In this document: piece after piece, positions 8,539 through 16,524 of the stretch | Layout: the number at the start of each line of letters is the position of its first letter | Numbering within the stretch: position 1 is the first letter of the stretch | Assembly: GCA_964646685.1 (NCBI GenBank) | Contig: CAZYFW010000016.1 | Coordinates: forward strand, 1-17,367 | Length of the DNA: 17,367 bases | Source: an uncultured Thermoplasmatales archaeon | GTDB taxonomy: Archaea > Thermoplasmatota > E2 > DHVEG-1 | Reading direction: 5' to 3' | Notes under the pieces: model-generated | What the model was told of the DNA's origin: nothing | Databases searched by the model: none | What the model saw: only the letters and a program-made list of their open reading frames with translations | Translations under genes and position numbers: made by a program

Positions 8539-8609
8539 CAGCCCTGAGCGGATTCGAACCGCTGACGCTAGCTCCAAAGGCTAGAATGTTGCCACTACAC
8601 CACAGGGCT
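8539..8609 (-). tRNA. tRNA-Gln (anticodon UUG), A1-U72, discriminator G73
   Basis: Reverse complement: AGCCCTG TG GTGT-AGTGGCA-ACAT T CTAGC-CTTTGGA-GCTAG CGTC AGCGG-TTCGAAT-CCGCT CAGGGCT G. Lies 9 nt upstream of tRNA-Glu on the same strand. Confidence 0.9.
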
Positions 8610-8720
8610 ATTTACTATAGTATGGCGCAGTGGATTGTAATTTTGATATTTATTATTTTGGTTATCTCAAAATGAGAAATCGATTAATACGCTTTCGCCG
8701 CTATAAATTGGATAAATTAG

Positions 8721-8792
8721 TAGCCCCGAGTGGATTCGAACCACTGTCGCTAACTCTAAGGTCAACATGATTGTCCACTACAATACGGGGCT
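8721..8792 (-). tRNA. aberrant Gln-type tRNA-like gene (6-nt anticodon loop CUUAGA; possible pseudogene or non-canonical decoder)
   Basis: Reverse complement: AGCCCCG TA TTGT-AGTGGACAA-TCAT G TTGAC-CTTAGA-GTTAG CGAC AGTGG-TTCGAAT-CCACT CGGGGCT A. The acceptor stem and positions 8-9 are identical to tRNA-Gln(CUG). The T arm is perfect. The loop between the best 5-bp anticodon stem (8750..8754 / 8761..8765) has only 6 nt (8755..8760). Confidence 0.55.
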
Positions 8793-8847
8793 ATTGTTAT
8801 ATTTACGTTTAATGGTGATAAATTGGTTATTTAATTGACCAATCAAA

Positions 8848-10536
8848 TTATTTCTTGTTTTGTTGCATCTGCTGAACTTTTGCCCAAGTGTCACGTAATA
8901 CTACAGTTCTGTTGATAATGAGATTCTTCTCAGTCTTATCTGGATCTATGCAGAAATATCCTTGTCGTTCGAACTGGAATCTATCAAATGGTTTTAATTT
9001 ACCAACAGTAGGTTCAACCTTGCATGATTTTAATATCCCGAGCGAATCAGGATTAAGAAAATCCTTAAAATCGGCATTTTTTTGCCCGGCAGGATTTTTT
9101 ACAGTAAATAATCTATCATAAAGTCTAATTTCTGCATCGATTGAATGAGCCGCTGAAACCCAATGAAGTGTTGATTTTACTTTCCGCCCATCAGCGGCAG
9201 TGCCTCCACTGGTTGCAGGATCAATTGTACATCTAAGCTCAACTACTTTGCCATTATTTTTAACTGCTTTTTGGCAGGTTACTAAATAAGCATACCTGAA
9301 TCTTACTTCTTGACCAGGTGTCAAACGATAGAATTTCTTTGGGGGATCCTCCATAAAATCCTCTTGTTCAATAAATAATACTTTTGAAAATGGAATTTTT
9401 CGAGTTCCAGCCTTTGGATCTTCAGGATTATTTATCGCCTCCATCTCTTCGACTTCATCTTCGGGATAATTTTCAATTACTACTCTAAGTGGATTAAGAA
9501 CGCCCATGAACCGTGGACAAGTTTTATTTAAATCATCTCTGACACAATGTTCAAGGAACTCAAAGTCAACCATGCTGTTTACTTTTGCAACACCAATTCG
9601 CTTGCAGAAATTTCTGATAGAATCAGGCGAGTAACCTCGTCTATGCATTCCACTGATAGTTGGTAATCTAGGATCATTCCATCCATTTACATATTTGCCT
9701 TCTACCAATTCTAAAAGCATACGTTTGCTCATTATTGTATATGTTAGATTCAGACGAGCGAATTCTATCTGTTGTGGATGATAGACCTCAATAGCATCAA
9801 GGAACCAATCATAGAGAGGGCGATGGTTCTCAAATTCAAGAGTACATATTGAATGAGTAATTCTTTCGATGGAGTCTTCCAGACCGTGTGCCCAGTCGTA
9901 CATGGGATAAATACACCATTTATCTCCGGTATTATGATGGGGGGCATGTAATACTCTATACAATACTGGATCACGCATATTGAGATTCGGATGGCTCATG
10001 TCAATCTTGGCCCGAAGTACCTTCCCACCGTCAACAAACTCACCTGCTTTCATCCGCTCAAAAAGATCGAGGTTTTCTTTCACCGAACGATCACGATAAG
10101 GGCTATTTTTGCCGGGTTTTGTTAGAGTGCCGCGTTGCTCGCTTATTTCTTTAGCACTTAAGTCATCGACATATGCTTTACCGGCTTTTATTAACTGAAC
10201 TGCATATTCGTACATCTGATCAAAATAATCTGAGGCAAAATAAAGCCGGTCTCCCCAGTCAAATCCGAGCCATTTTACATCTTCAATAATTGATTTGACA
10301 TATTCTTTCTCTTCTTTTGCAGGATTGGTATCGTCAAAACGAAGGTTACATAGGCCCTTGTATTCTTCAGCTATGCCAAAGTTGAGACATATGGACTTAG
10401 CATGACCGATATGTAAGTACCCATTTGGCTCGGGTGGAAATCTTGTGTGGACGCGACCATCATATTTATTTGTCTTCAAGTCCTCATCAATTATGTCTCG
10501 AATAAAATCCCTTTTTTCATCAATAGCTGAATCCAT
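8848..10536 (-). CDS. glnS: glutaminyl-tRNA synthetase, bacterial type
   Basis: Collinear by eye with E. coli GlnS: [36 protein letters not shown] (HIGH), [68 protein letters not shown] (KMSKS equivalent), LRDTWAKV C-terminus. 562 aa with no eukaryote-type N-terminal extension. Confidence 0.95.
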   Translation of the reverse strand: MDSAIDEKRDFIRDIIDEDLKTNKYDGRVHTRFPPEPNGYLHIGHAKSICLNFGIAEEYKGLCNLRFDDTNPAKEEKEYVKSIIEDVKWLGFDWGDRLYFASDYFDQMYEYAVQLIKAGKAYVDDLSAKEISEQRGTLTKPGKNSPYRDRSVKENLDLFERMKAGEFVDGGKVLRAKIDMSHPNLNMRDPVLYRVLHAPHHNTGDKWCIYPMYDWAHGLEDSIERITHSICTLEFENHRPLYDWFLDAIEVYHPQQIEFARLNLTYTIMSKRMLLELVEGKYVNGWNDPRLPTISGMHRRGYSPDSIRNFCKRIGVAKVNSMVDFEFLEHCVRDDLNKTCPRFMGVLNPLRVVIENYPEDEVEEMEAINNPEDPKAGTRKIPFSKVLFIEQEDFMEDPPKKFYRLTPGQEVRFRYAYLVTCQKAVKNNGKVVELRCTIDPATSGGTAADGRKVKSTLHWVSAAHSIDAEIRLYDRLFTVKNPAGQKNADFKDFLNPDSLGILKSCKVEPTVGKLKPFDRFQFERQGYFCIDPDKTEKNLIINRTVVLRDTWAKVQQMQQNKK

Positions 10537-10573
10537 ATTGCCTCACCACATATATGTTTAAGAGATTTAAAGA

Positions 10574-10645
10574 CAGCCCCGCCCGGATTTGAACCGGGGC
10601 CTAGAGATCCAGAGTCTCTTATGTTAACCACTACACTACGGGGCT
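10574..10645 (-). tRNA. tRNA-Gln (anticodon CUG), A1-U72, discriminator G73
   Basis: Reverse complement: AGCCCCG TA GTGT-AGTGGTTA-ACAT A AGAGA-CTCTGGA-TCTCT AGGC CCCGG-TTCAAAT-CCGGG CGGGGCT G. Its 3' end lies 37 nt upstream of the glnS start codon on the same strand. Confidence 0.9.
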
Positions 10646-10721
10646 AAGGATATTATTTGTTGCAGATGATTAGAAATTCCCTATATAACCTTTAACATCA
10701 AATAAGTAAATCCTTTAAATA

Positions 10722-11237
10722 ATGAAACCCCTATTTCAAAAAGAGGTAAACTCTTTGATAGATAAAGAATTACTCGACAAAGTATCCAATCTCTTGAAAA
10801 AACAAAACCTAACAGTTGCTACAGCTGAATCATGTACGGGTGGGCTTATTGCACATACTCTTACTAACATCTCAGGTAGCTCCGATTATTTTGATAGAGG
10901 AATCGTATCTTATAGTAACAATGCCAAGATGGAGTTACTGGATGTTCCAGAAAATCTATTAAAAAAATATGGGGCGGTAAGCGAGCAAGTTGCAAAATCC
11001 ATGGCCGAGGGTGTACGAAAGATATCAAATGTAGATATAGGCATAGCAACTACAGGTATAGCAGGTCCCACAGGTGGCACCAAGGAAAAACCAGTTGGGC
11101 TTGTTTACATAGCCATCTCAACATCAGAAAATACAGTGGTTAAAAAGTTTCAATTTTCAGATAACAGACTACAAAATAAGGAAAGTACATGCAATGCTGC
11201 GCTTGAGATACTCTTTGAATATATTAGCAATAGATAA
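10722..11237 (+). CDS. pncC: CinA C-terminal domain protein / nicotinamide-nucleotide amidohydrolase (PncC-like)
   Basis: LTVATAESCTGGLIAHTLTNISGSSDYFDRGIVSYSNNAKMELLDV and GIATTGIAGPTGGTKEKPVGLVYIAI are characteristic CinA_C/PncC motifs. 171 aa, ends in TAA. Confidence 0.85.
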   Translation: MKPLFQKEVNSLIDKELLDKVSNLLKKQNLTVATAESCTGGLIAHTLTNISGSSDYFDRGIVSYSNNAKMELLDVPENLLKKYGAVSEQVAKSMAEGVRKISNVDIGIATTGIAGPTGGTKEKPVGLVYIAISTSENTVVKKFQFSDNRLQNKESTCNAALEILFEYISNR

Positions 11238-11270
11238 AACATATAAGCAAAAATTGTTTATTGCATTTTT

Positions 11271-12029
11271 ATGAAAATTGCACACATTTCTGACATTCAT
11301 TGTAATTATGGAACAGATTTTAACGAGAAGATATTCGATCGGGCAACAAAGATGGTAAACAAGCTTGACGCCGATGTTGTTTTCATCTCTGGTGATCTTA
11401 CTACAGATGGGCTGCTTTCTGAATACGAACTCGCTCAAAAAAAACTCAAGGAAATAACAGGTAAACTCATCATCGTCCCGGGTAATCATGATGAACGCAA
11501 TCTTGGGTTCAAACTGTTTCCGGAATTTTTTGGTGAAACAGATTTTATACATTCACTCAAAGATATTAACTTTGTTGGTCTTGCATCAAGCGAACCCGAT
11601 AAAGATGATGGGCGACTTGGGAGAGGGAGACATAAGCTCATTGAACAAGGAATTAAGAAAAATGATAAGATGACGATTATTGGTTTCCATCATCATGTCA
11701 TTCCAGTCCCTAATTCTGGTAGAGAGACTAATATCATCGAGGACGCTGGTGAAACCCTTGAGATTATTTTGAAAAATGAGGTCCCTCTTGTTCTTATGGG
11801 CCATAGACATGTTCCGTTTGCAGTGAAAATTCATAAGACGCTGCTTGTGAATGCAGGAACCTTTTCTTGTAATCGAACTAGGGCACATTTTGGCAATACC
11901 TTCAATATTGTGGACGTTGAGGACGATAGCATTTCTATAACTGTGGTTGATATTAGAAAGGAAAAACAGAAAAAAACAATCGATTACAACCTCTCGGATG
12001 GTTGCTGCGTAAATAGAAATTACGAGTAG
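11271..12029 (+). CDS. calcineurin-like metallophosphoesterase
   Basis: Motifs in order: HISDIH (DxH), FISGDLT (GD), VPGNHDERN (GNHD/E), GFHHHV, MGHRHVP (GHxH). 252 aa, ends in TAG. Confidence 0.85.
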   Translation: MKIAHISDIHCNYGTDFNEKIFDRATKMVNKLDADVVFISGDLTTDGLLSEYELAQKKLKEITGKLIIVPGNHDERNLGFKLFPEFFGETDFIHSLKDINFVGLASSEPDKDDGRLGRGRHKLIEQGIKKNDKMTIIGFHHHVIPVPNSGRETNIIEDAGETLEIILKNEVPLVLMGHRHVPFAVKIHKTLLVNAGTFSCNRTRAHFGNTFNIVDVEDDSISITVVDIRKEKQKKTIDYNLSDGCCVNRNYE

Positions 12030-12123
12030 GGAATTTTGCTTGCAAAGTTATTCTTTTCGTAACGTTTATCTATAGAAATTTTCATTCAGGTTCCAACGAC
12101 ATTGATTGGGACGGAGGCTTTCT

Positions 12124-13374
12124 TTGGATCCTACTTTGATATTGATCGGTGGCAGTACTGTTGCTATAGCTTTCTATGTTGCATGGAGTATTGGTGCTAA
12201 TGATGTAGCAAATTCTATGGGTACCTCGGTAGGTAGCAAAGCCATCTCTATTAGACAAGCTATTTTGATTGCCGGTATTTTTGAATTCGCTGGAGCTGTA
12301 TTGATAGGCGTTCACGTTACAAAAACAATTCAAAATGGAATCGTGGATCCAGTGTTATTTTCAGCTGATCCATCTATTTACGTTTACGGGATGCTTGCTG
12401 CGTTACTCGCTGCTGCTGTTTGGATTTCGATTTCGACATATTTTGCACTACCAATATCAACATCCCAATCTATAGTTGGAGCATTAATTGGTTTCGGTGT
12501 TGTTGCAGCGGGCATTTCAGCAGTGAGCTGGGGAAAAATAATTCAGATAGGGGAAAGCTGGATTTTATCCCCTCTTGCTGGCGCAGCACTTGCATTTTTC
12601 ATTTTCTTAGTTATAAAAAAAGTTATCTTTGATACAAGCAAACCCTTTGAATCTACTAAAAAAGCAATTCCGTTTTTCACTTTTGCTCTTGTTTCTGTTA
12701 TTTTATTTTCTATTTTTAAAAGTCTTGAATGCACAGATTTTCCCACTATTTGTTTTTCAACAGCTTTGGAGATAACACTAGTCGTTAGTATTATTTCTGC
12801 TGTTCTTAGTCATGTGCTTGTAAATCGTTATAAACCTGGTAAGCTGGAGACTGATCAAGAAGTTTACCGTTCTATCGAGCATGTTTTTATTTATCTTCAG
12901 ATAATGACTGCTTGTTTTGTTGCCTTTGCCCATGGTTCGAATGATGTAGCAAACGCTATTGGTCCTTTAGCTGCTGTTATAAACATTCTCGAATCTGGTT
13001 CTATTGAATCAGTAATTGGAGTTCCTCTATGGTTGGTTGTTCTTGGCGGTGTGGGTATCGTTGTTGGTCTTGCAACATGGGGGTATAAAGTCATTGGTAC
13101 CATTGGTAAAAAAATCACAGAGATCACCCCAACAAGGGGTTTTTCTGCAGAGTTTAGTACGGCACTAGTTGTTTTAGTATGTTCTCGTCTTGGTTTGCCC
13201 GTATCTACATCGCAGGTACTCGTAGGCTCTGTAATTGGTATCGGGTTTGCAAAAGGTATCGTTGCTGTAGATTTAAAAATAATAAAGAGAATCATGGCAT
13301 GTTGGATAATAACTGTTCCAGTTTCTGCTGCTACATCAGCAATAATCTTTATTTGTTTAAGAGCGTTATTATAA
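12124..13374 (+). CDS. inorganic phosphate transporter, PiT family (copy A)
   Basis: Both PiT half-repeat signatures are present (WSIGANDVANSMGTSVGS; FAHGSNDVANAIGPLA), with many TM segments. The ORF track opens at TTG 12106. GGAGG at 12113..12117 lies 6 nt before TTG 12124, and from there the N-terminus (M)DPTLIL matches the copy B start MDPITFL. Confidence 0.9.
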   Translation: MDPTLILIGGSTVAIAFYVAWSIGANDVANSMGTSVGSKAISIRQAILIAGIFEFAGAVLIGVHVTKTIQNGIVDPVLFSADPSIYVYGMLAALLAAAVWISISTYFALPISTSQSIVGALIGFGVVAAGISAVSWGKIIQIGESWILSPLAGAALAFFIFLVIKKVIFDTSKPFESTKKAIPFFTFALVSVILFSIFKSLECTDFPTICFSTALEITLVVSIISAVLSHVLVNRYKPGKLETDQEVYRSIEHVFIYLQIMTACFVAFAHGSNDVANAIGPLAAVINILESGSIESVIGVPLWLVVLGGVGIVVGLATWGYKVIGTIGKKITEITPTRGFSAEFSTALVVLVCSRLGLPVSTSQVLVGSVIGIGFAKGIVAVDLKIIKRIMACWIITVPVSAATSAIIFICLRALL

Positions 13375-13392
13375 TCTTAAGTGGGTAAAAAA

Positions 13393-14091
13393 ATGGACAA
13401 AGAAAAAGATCATTTCAGAGCGCCTGTTGCTGATACATTCAGAAGAAAATCACCATTTGACCAATTACTTGAACACATGGGGAAAGTCAGAGAATGTATC
13501 GATATTTTAGGAAGCGGGTTGGTTGATTATTATAAAGGAAATTACAAAAATTTTTCAGATTTGGCTAAGAAAGTATCTGAAATTGAACATGAAGCAGATC
13601 TTATTAAAAGTAATCTTAGAAACCATCTTCCAAATTCACTTTTTATGCCTGTTGATAAGGGAAAATTTATGTGGGCTCTCAGAGAACAAGATGCAATTCT
13701 TGATCATGCAGAAAATCTTGCAACAATGCTTGATATGAGGCATACAAAAATTCCAAAAGAACTACAGAAAGTTTTCATTGAACATTGTAAACTAGTTATG
13801 AAGACAGTAAAGGCCATGGAGGATGCAGTTGAAAACATTAGAGATTTAGTTGAAACAAGTTTTGTAAAACGAGAACGAGAACAAACAAAGCAGTTTATCT
13901 ATAAAGTTCATGAGTTCGAATGGAAAGCAGATAAAGCGAAATATGAAGCGACTAAAGGAATCTATAAATTTGAAAAGAAGCTAGATCCAATGGACGTATA
14001 TCATCTCCTTAAGATTGCAGATTGGGTTGATGACATCGCAGATCATGCAGAAAATGTGGCCGATTGGCTTAGAGCCATGATTGCAAAATAG
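13393..14091 (+). CDS. DUF47 / PhoU-like Pit accessory protein (TIGR00153 family), copy 1
   Basis: Helical PhoU-related pattern (EIEHEADLIKSNLRNHL, FMPVDKGKFMWALREQDAILDHAEN, IADWVDDIADHAEN). The canonical position immediately 3' of a PiT gene is a well-known pairing. ATG 13393 is preferred over the ORF-track GTG 13381. Confidence 0.85.
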   Translation: MDKEKDHFRAPVADTFRRKSPFDQLLEHMGKVRECIDILGSGLVDYYKGNYKNFSDLAKKVSEIEHEADLIKSNLRNHLPNSLFMPVDKGKFMWALREQDAILDHAENLATMLDMRHTKIPKELQKVFIEHCKLVMKTVKAMEDAVENIRDLVETSFVKREREQTKQFIYKVHEFEWKADKAKYEATKGIYKFEKKLDPMDVYHLLKIADWVDDIADHAENVADWLRAMIAK

Positions 14092-14238
14092 TTATTATTT
14101 ATTATCCGTGCCAACTAAATGATTGATAACATTTTCTGATATGTCCGCAGAATATTCTCCTATTCTTCTTATACTCTCTACGACATAACCTAGTGAAATC
14201 ACAAATTCACCTTTTTGTTTAAAGGCAAGCTTATTTAT
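13400..14238 (+). repeat. copy 1 of a perfect direct repeat of at least 839 bp (offset 3129 bp)
   Basis: Compared by eye with 16529..17367, with no mismatch found. The ORF-track proteins are identical from EKDHFRAP to MIAK. The nested ORFs 13523..13738 and 16652..16867 are identical. The 147 nt after the stop codon are identical up to the window edge. Confidence 0.9.
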
Positions 14239-15120
14239 TTCTTTACATTTTATTTCTAGTTTTTGAACCGATTCTATTGTTTCATTTGCTAATTTCACAT
14301 CCTTTCTTAGAAACGATGTAATACTTTTGTTAAAAATATCCAGAGATAAATTGCTTGCAAATTCAAGTTTTTCAATTATTATGCCATCAAATTTTTTATC
14401 TGTTATATTTATTGCATTTTTTGCAATTCTTATTACATGGTCGCCTATACGTTCTATGATCCTACTTACTAGAAAGGATGTCGTTGCCAATTCAATCGTT
14501 ATTCCCATCTTCTCAGCAAAGCTTACGTTTTGTAAAATTATGTTATGTTGTCGTGCAACCAACCAATGAAGCCTATCTATTTCATTGTCTCTTGAAAGTA
14601 CGTCTTCTGCTAGCATTTTATCATTTCTTTGTATGGCGTTCATTATATCTTCATTCATGCCTTTAACGATGATATGCATTCTTTTAATCGTCCTGTCAAA
14701 TGGCATCTCTGTAGGATTTAGTATATCTTTAGTTATAATATGAGTATCAGTCTCTTCGACAATCTCTTGCCCTATTGTCGTTTTAGTGAACTTTCTAACA
14801 GTCATTTTAACTGCTGGCGACATTCTAGTTGCTGATTTCACCTTTATAGAATCATATCCAGATATATAGGCGCCAATCAAATGCCTTAATAGAAAATCCT
14901 GGTTAGTAATATTACTTGCATCGAATTCTTTTATTCTCTGCGTGGTTTCTCTGTCGATTTTTGGAGTTATTAAAAGTGTCCCATCTGATTGCATTAAAAG
15001 TCCAACCGGATCGTTTTTTTGAATTTTTAAAGATTTTATCCATTCTTTAGGCAATGTTACAATATATGACGACCCGCCAGTCATTTGTACGCGTCTTATT
15101 TCCATTTTTCCGCCGTTCAT
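14095..15120 (-). CDS. phoU: phosphate uptake regulator, archaeal type (N-terminal SpoVT/AbrB DNA-binding domain + tandem PhoU domains)
   Basis: AbrB-like swapped-hairpin segment IRRVQMTGGSSYIVTLPKEWIKSLKIQKNDPVGLLMQSDGTLLITP. PhoU repeats with DNEIDRLHWLVARQ, IERIGDHVIRIAKN and IRRIGEYSADISENV. Convergent with the DUF47 gene (3-nt gap). The start may be ATG 15120 or ATG 15105 (MEIRRV). Confidence 0.85.
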   Translation of the reverse strand: MNGGKMEIRRVQMTGGSSYIVTLPKEWIKSLKIQKNDPVGLLMQSDGTLLITPKIDRETTQRIKEFDASNITNQDFLLRHLIGAYISGYDSIKVKSATRMSPAVKMTVRKFTKTTIGQEIVEETDTHIITKDILNPTEMPFDRTIKRMHIIVKGMNEDIMNAIQRNDKMLAEDVLSRDNEIDRLHWLVARQHNIILQNVSFAEKMGITIELATTSFLVSRIIERIGDHVIRIAKNAINITDKKFDGIIIEKLEFASNLSLDIFNKSITSFLRKDVKLANETIESVQKLEIKCKEINKLAFKQKGEFVISLGYVVESIRRIGEYSADISENVINHLVGTDNK

Positions 15121-15262
15121 AACAAATAGAATACATCATATATTTATAAATTTTTATATGGTCATATATATTTCTATTTACGTAATATAGTAAAATATAG
15201 TATATGTAGATAAAATATATATTTAAATTAAATCTCACTATGTTTGGTGATGTTCCAATAAG
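15121..15262. promoter_or_regulatory. AT-rich divergent promoter region between phoU (-) and PiT copy B (+)
   Basis: 142 nt with multiple TATA-like boxes (TTTATAAATTTTTATAT, AAAATATATATTTAAAT). Also an 8-bp palindrome TTACGTAA (15178..15185) and ATATAGTA repeated at a 10-bp period (15185..15192, 15195..15202). Assignment of individual elements is not possible from sequence alone. Confidence 0.4.
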
Positions 15263-16510
15263 ATGGATCCGATTACTTTTCTTTTAATAGCAGGTGGAGC
15301 AAGTGCTATCGCCTTTTACATGGCATGGAGCATTGGTGCAAATGATGTTGCAAACTCAATGGCAACGGCAGTCGGTGCAAAGGCAATTACTTTTAAACAA
15401 GCTGTAATAATAGCAGGAATTCTAAATCTCGTTGGTGCCGTTTTTGTTGGCGGCCATGTAACGGATACTGTTAGAAAAGGAATTGTAAGCACTACAGGTA
15501 TTGATAATCATGCTTTATTACTAGGATTTGTTGCTAGTCTTCTCGCAGCTGCAATTTGGGTCACTCTTGCAACATGGAAGGAAATGCCAGTGTCTACTAC
15601 TCATTCGATAATTGGAGCTTTAATGGGCTTTGGACTTATTGCTGGTGGAACATCCACTGTCATATGGAGTAAGGTTGGTTCTGTAGTTGCTAGCTGGCTT
15701 CTTTCCCCATTGATAGGTTGCATTCTTGCATTTTTTGTTTTCAAAATTATTGTAAAAACTATATTTTCTAAAGATAACCCTGTTGCTGCCGCTAAGATTG
15801 TTGGGCCAATGATTTTTGGTTTTACAGCATTTTTAATTGCATCATCGCTATTTTTAAAAACTCCGTTGAGTGAAAACTACGGTTTTACAGATTCTGACGG
15901 TCTTATTATTGCGACGTTTGTAGCTATAATTGTTGCATTAATTGGGATGTTTTTACTGAGAAAAGTAGAAGCAAAATCTGATGAAGATAATGCTGCATAT
16001 GGTGCTGTTGAAGGAATTTTTAGGAGACTACAGATTGGAACGTCGTGTTATGTTGCATTTGCGCATGGGGCAAATGATGTAGCAAATGCAATCGGCCCTG
16101 TTGCCTCAATAATCCCACTTGCACAAGGTATCGGGCTAGGTTCAGAAGTTGAAGTTCCTGTCTGGCTTTTAGCACTTGGTGGCGTTGGTATAGCTGTTGG
16201 ATGCATGACTTGGGGCCGTCGCGTTATGCGGACAGTTGGCAGCCGTATAACAAATCTCACAAACACAAGGGGTTTTAGCGTTGATTTCGGAGCTGCGACA
16301 ACTGTTCTTATTGCTTCAAAGCTTGGCATGCCTATATCTACTTCGCACACTGTAGTTGGTGCAGTAATCGGTGTAGGTCTTGCAAGAGGTCTTGAAGCTG
16401 TTAATTTAAACGTCATCAAGAAAATTATCGTTTCTTGGTTGCTGACTCTACCTGTTGCAGCAGGAACGAGTATAACAATATTTTTAATACTTAGAGGGTT
16501 ATTTGGATAA
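15263..16510 (+). CDS. inorganic phosphate transporter, PiT family (copy B)
   Basis: WSIGANDVANSMATAVGA and FAHGANDVANAIGPVA signatures. 415 aa, ends in TAA. Clearly a diverged paralogue of copy A, with many amino-acid and synonymous differences. Confidence 0.9.
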   Translation: MDPITFLLIAGGASAIAFYMAWSIGANDVANSMATAVGAKAITFKQAVIIAGILNLVGAVFVGGHVTDTVRKGIVSTTGIDNHALLLGFVASLLAAAIWVTLATWKEMPVSTTHSIIGALMGFGLIAGGTSTVIWSKVGSVVASWLLSPLIGCILAFFVFKIIVKTIFSKDNPVAAAKIVGPMIFGFTAFLIASSLFLKTPLSENYGFTDSDGLIIATFVAIIVALIGMFLLRKVEAKSDEDNAAYGAVEGIFRRLQIGTSCYVAFAHGANDVANAIGPVASIIPLAQGIGLGSEVEVPVWLLALGGVGIAVGCMTWGRRVMRTVGSRITNLTNTRGFSVDFGAATTVLIASKLGMPISTSHTVVGAVIGVGLARGLEAVNLNVIKKIIVSWLLTLPVAAGTSITIFLILRGLFG

Positions 16511-16524
16511 GGAGGTAAATGTTT

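Noticed and set aside
8721-8792. The aberrant tRNA as a tRNA-Pyl-like amber decoder, given its possible 6-bp anticodon stem and 3-nt variable loop
   Set aside because: It keeps G18G19, a canonical TTCGAAT T-loop and two nucleotides between the acceptor and D stems. The loop does not contain CUA. Its acceptor stem is that of tRNA-Gln.
8455-10645. The GlnRS/tRNA block as a discrete integrated mobile element using a tRNA att site
   Set aside because: There is no integrase, transposase or other mobility gene. The two Gln-type tRNAs flanking glnS share only the acceptor stem and D-region bases, not the extended 3'-half duplication typical of att sites.
13523-13738. Identical 71-aa nested ORFs (13523..13738 and 16652..16867) as a conserved overlapping gene
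   Set aside because: Their identity is simply a consequence of lying inside the perfect DNA repeat. The sequence is Ile/Lys/Leu-rich frame noise within the DUF47 gene.
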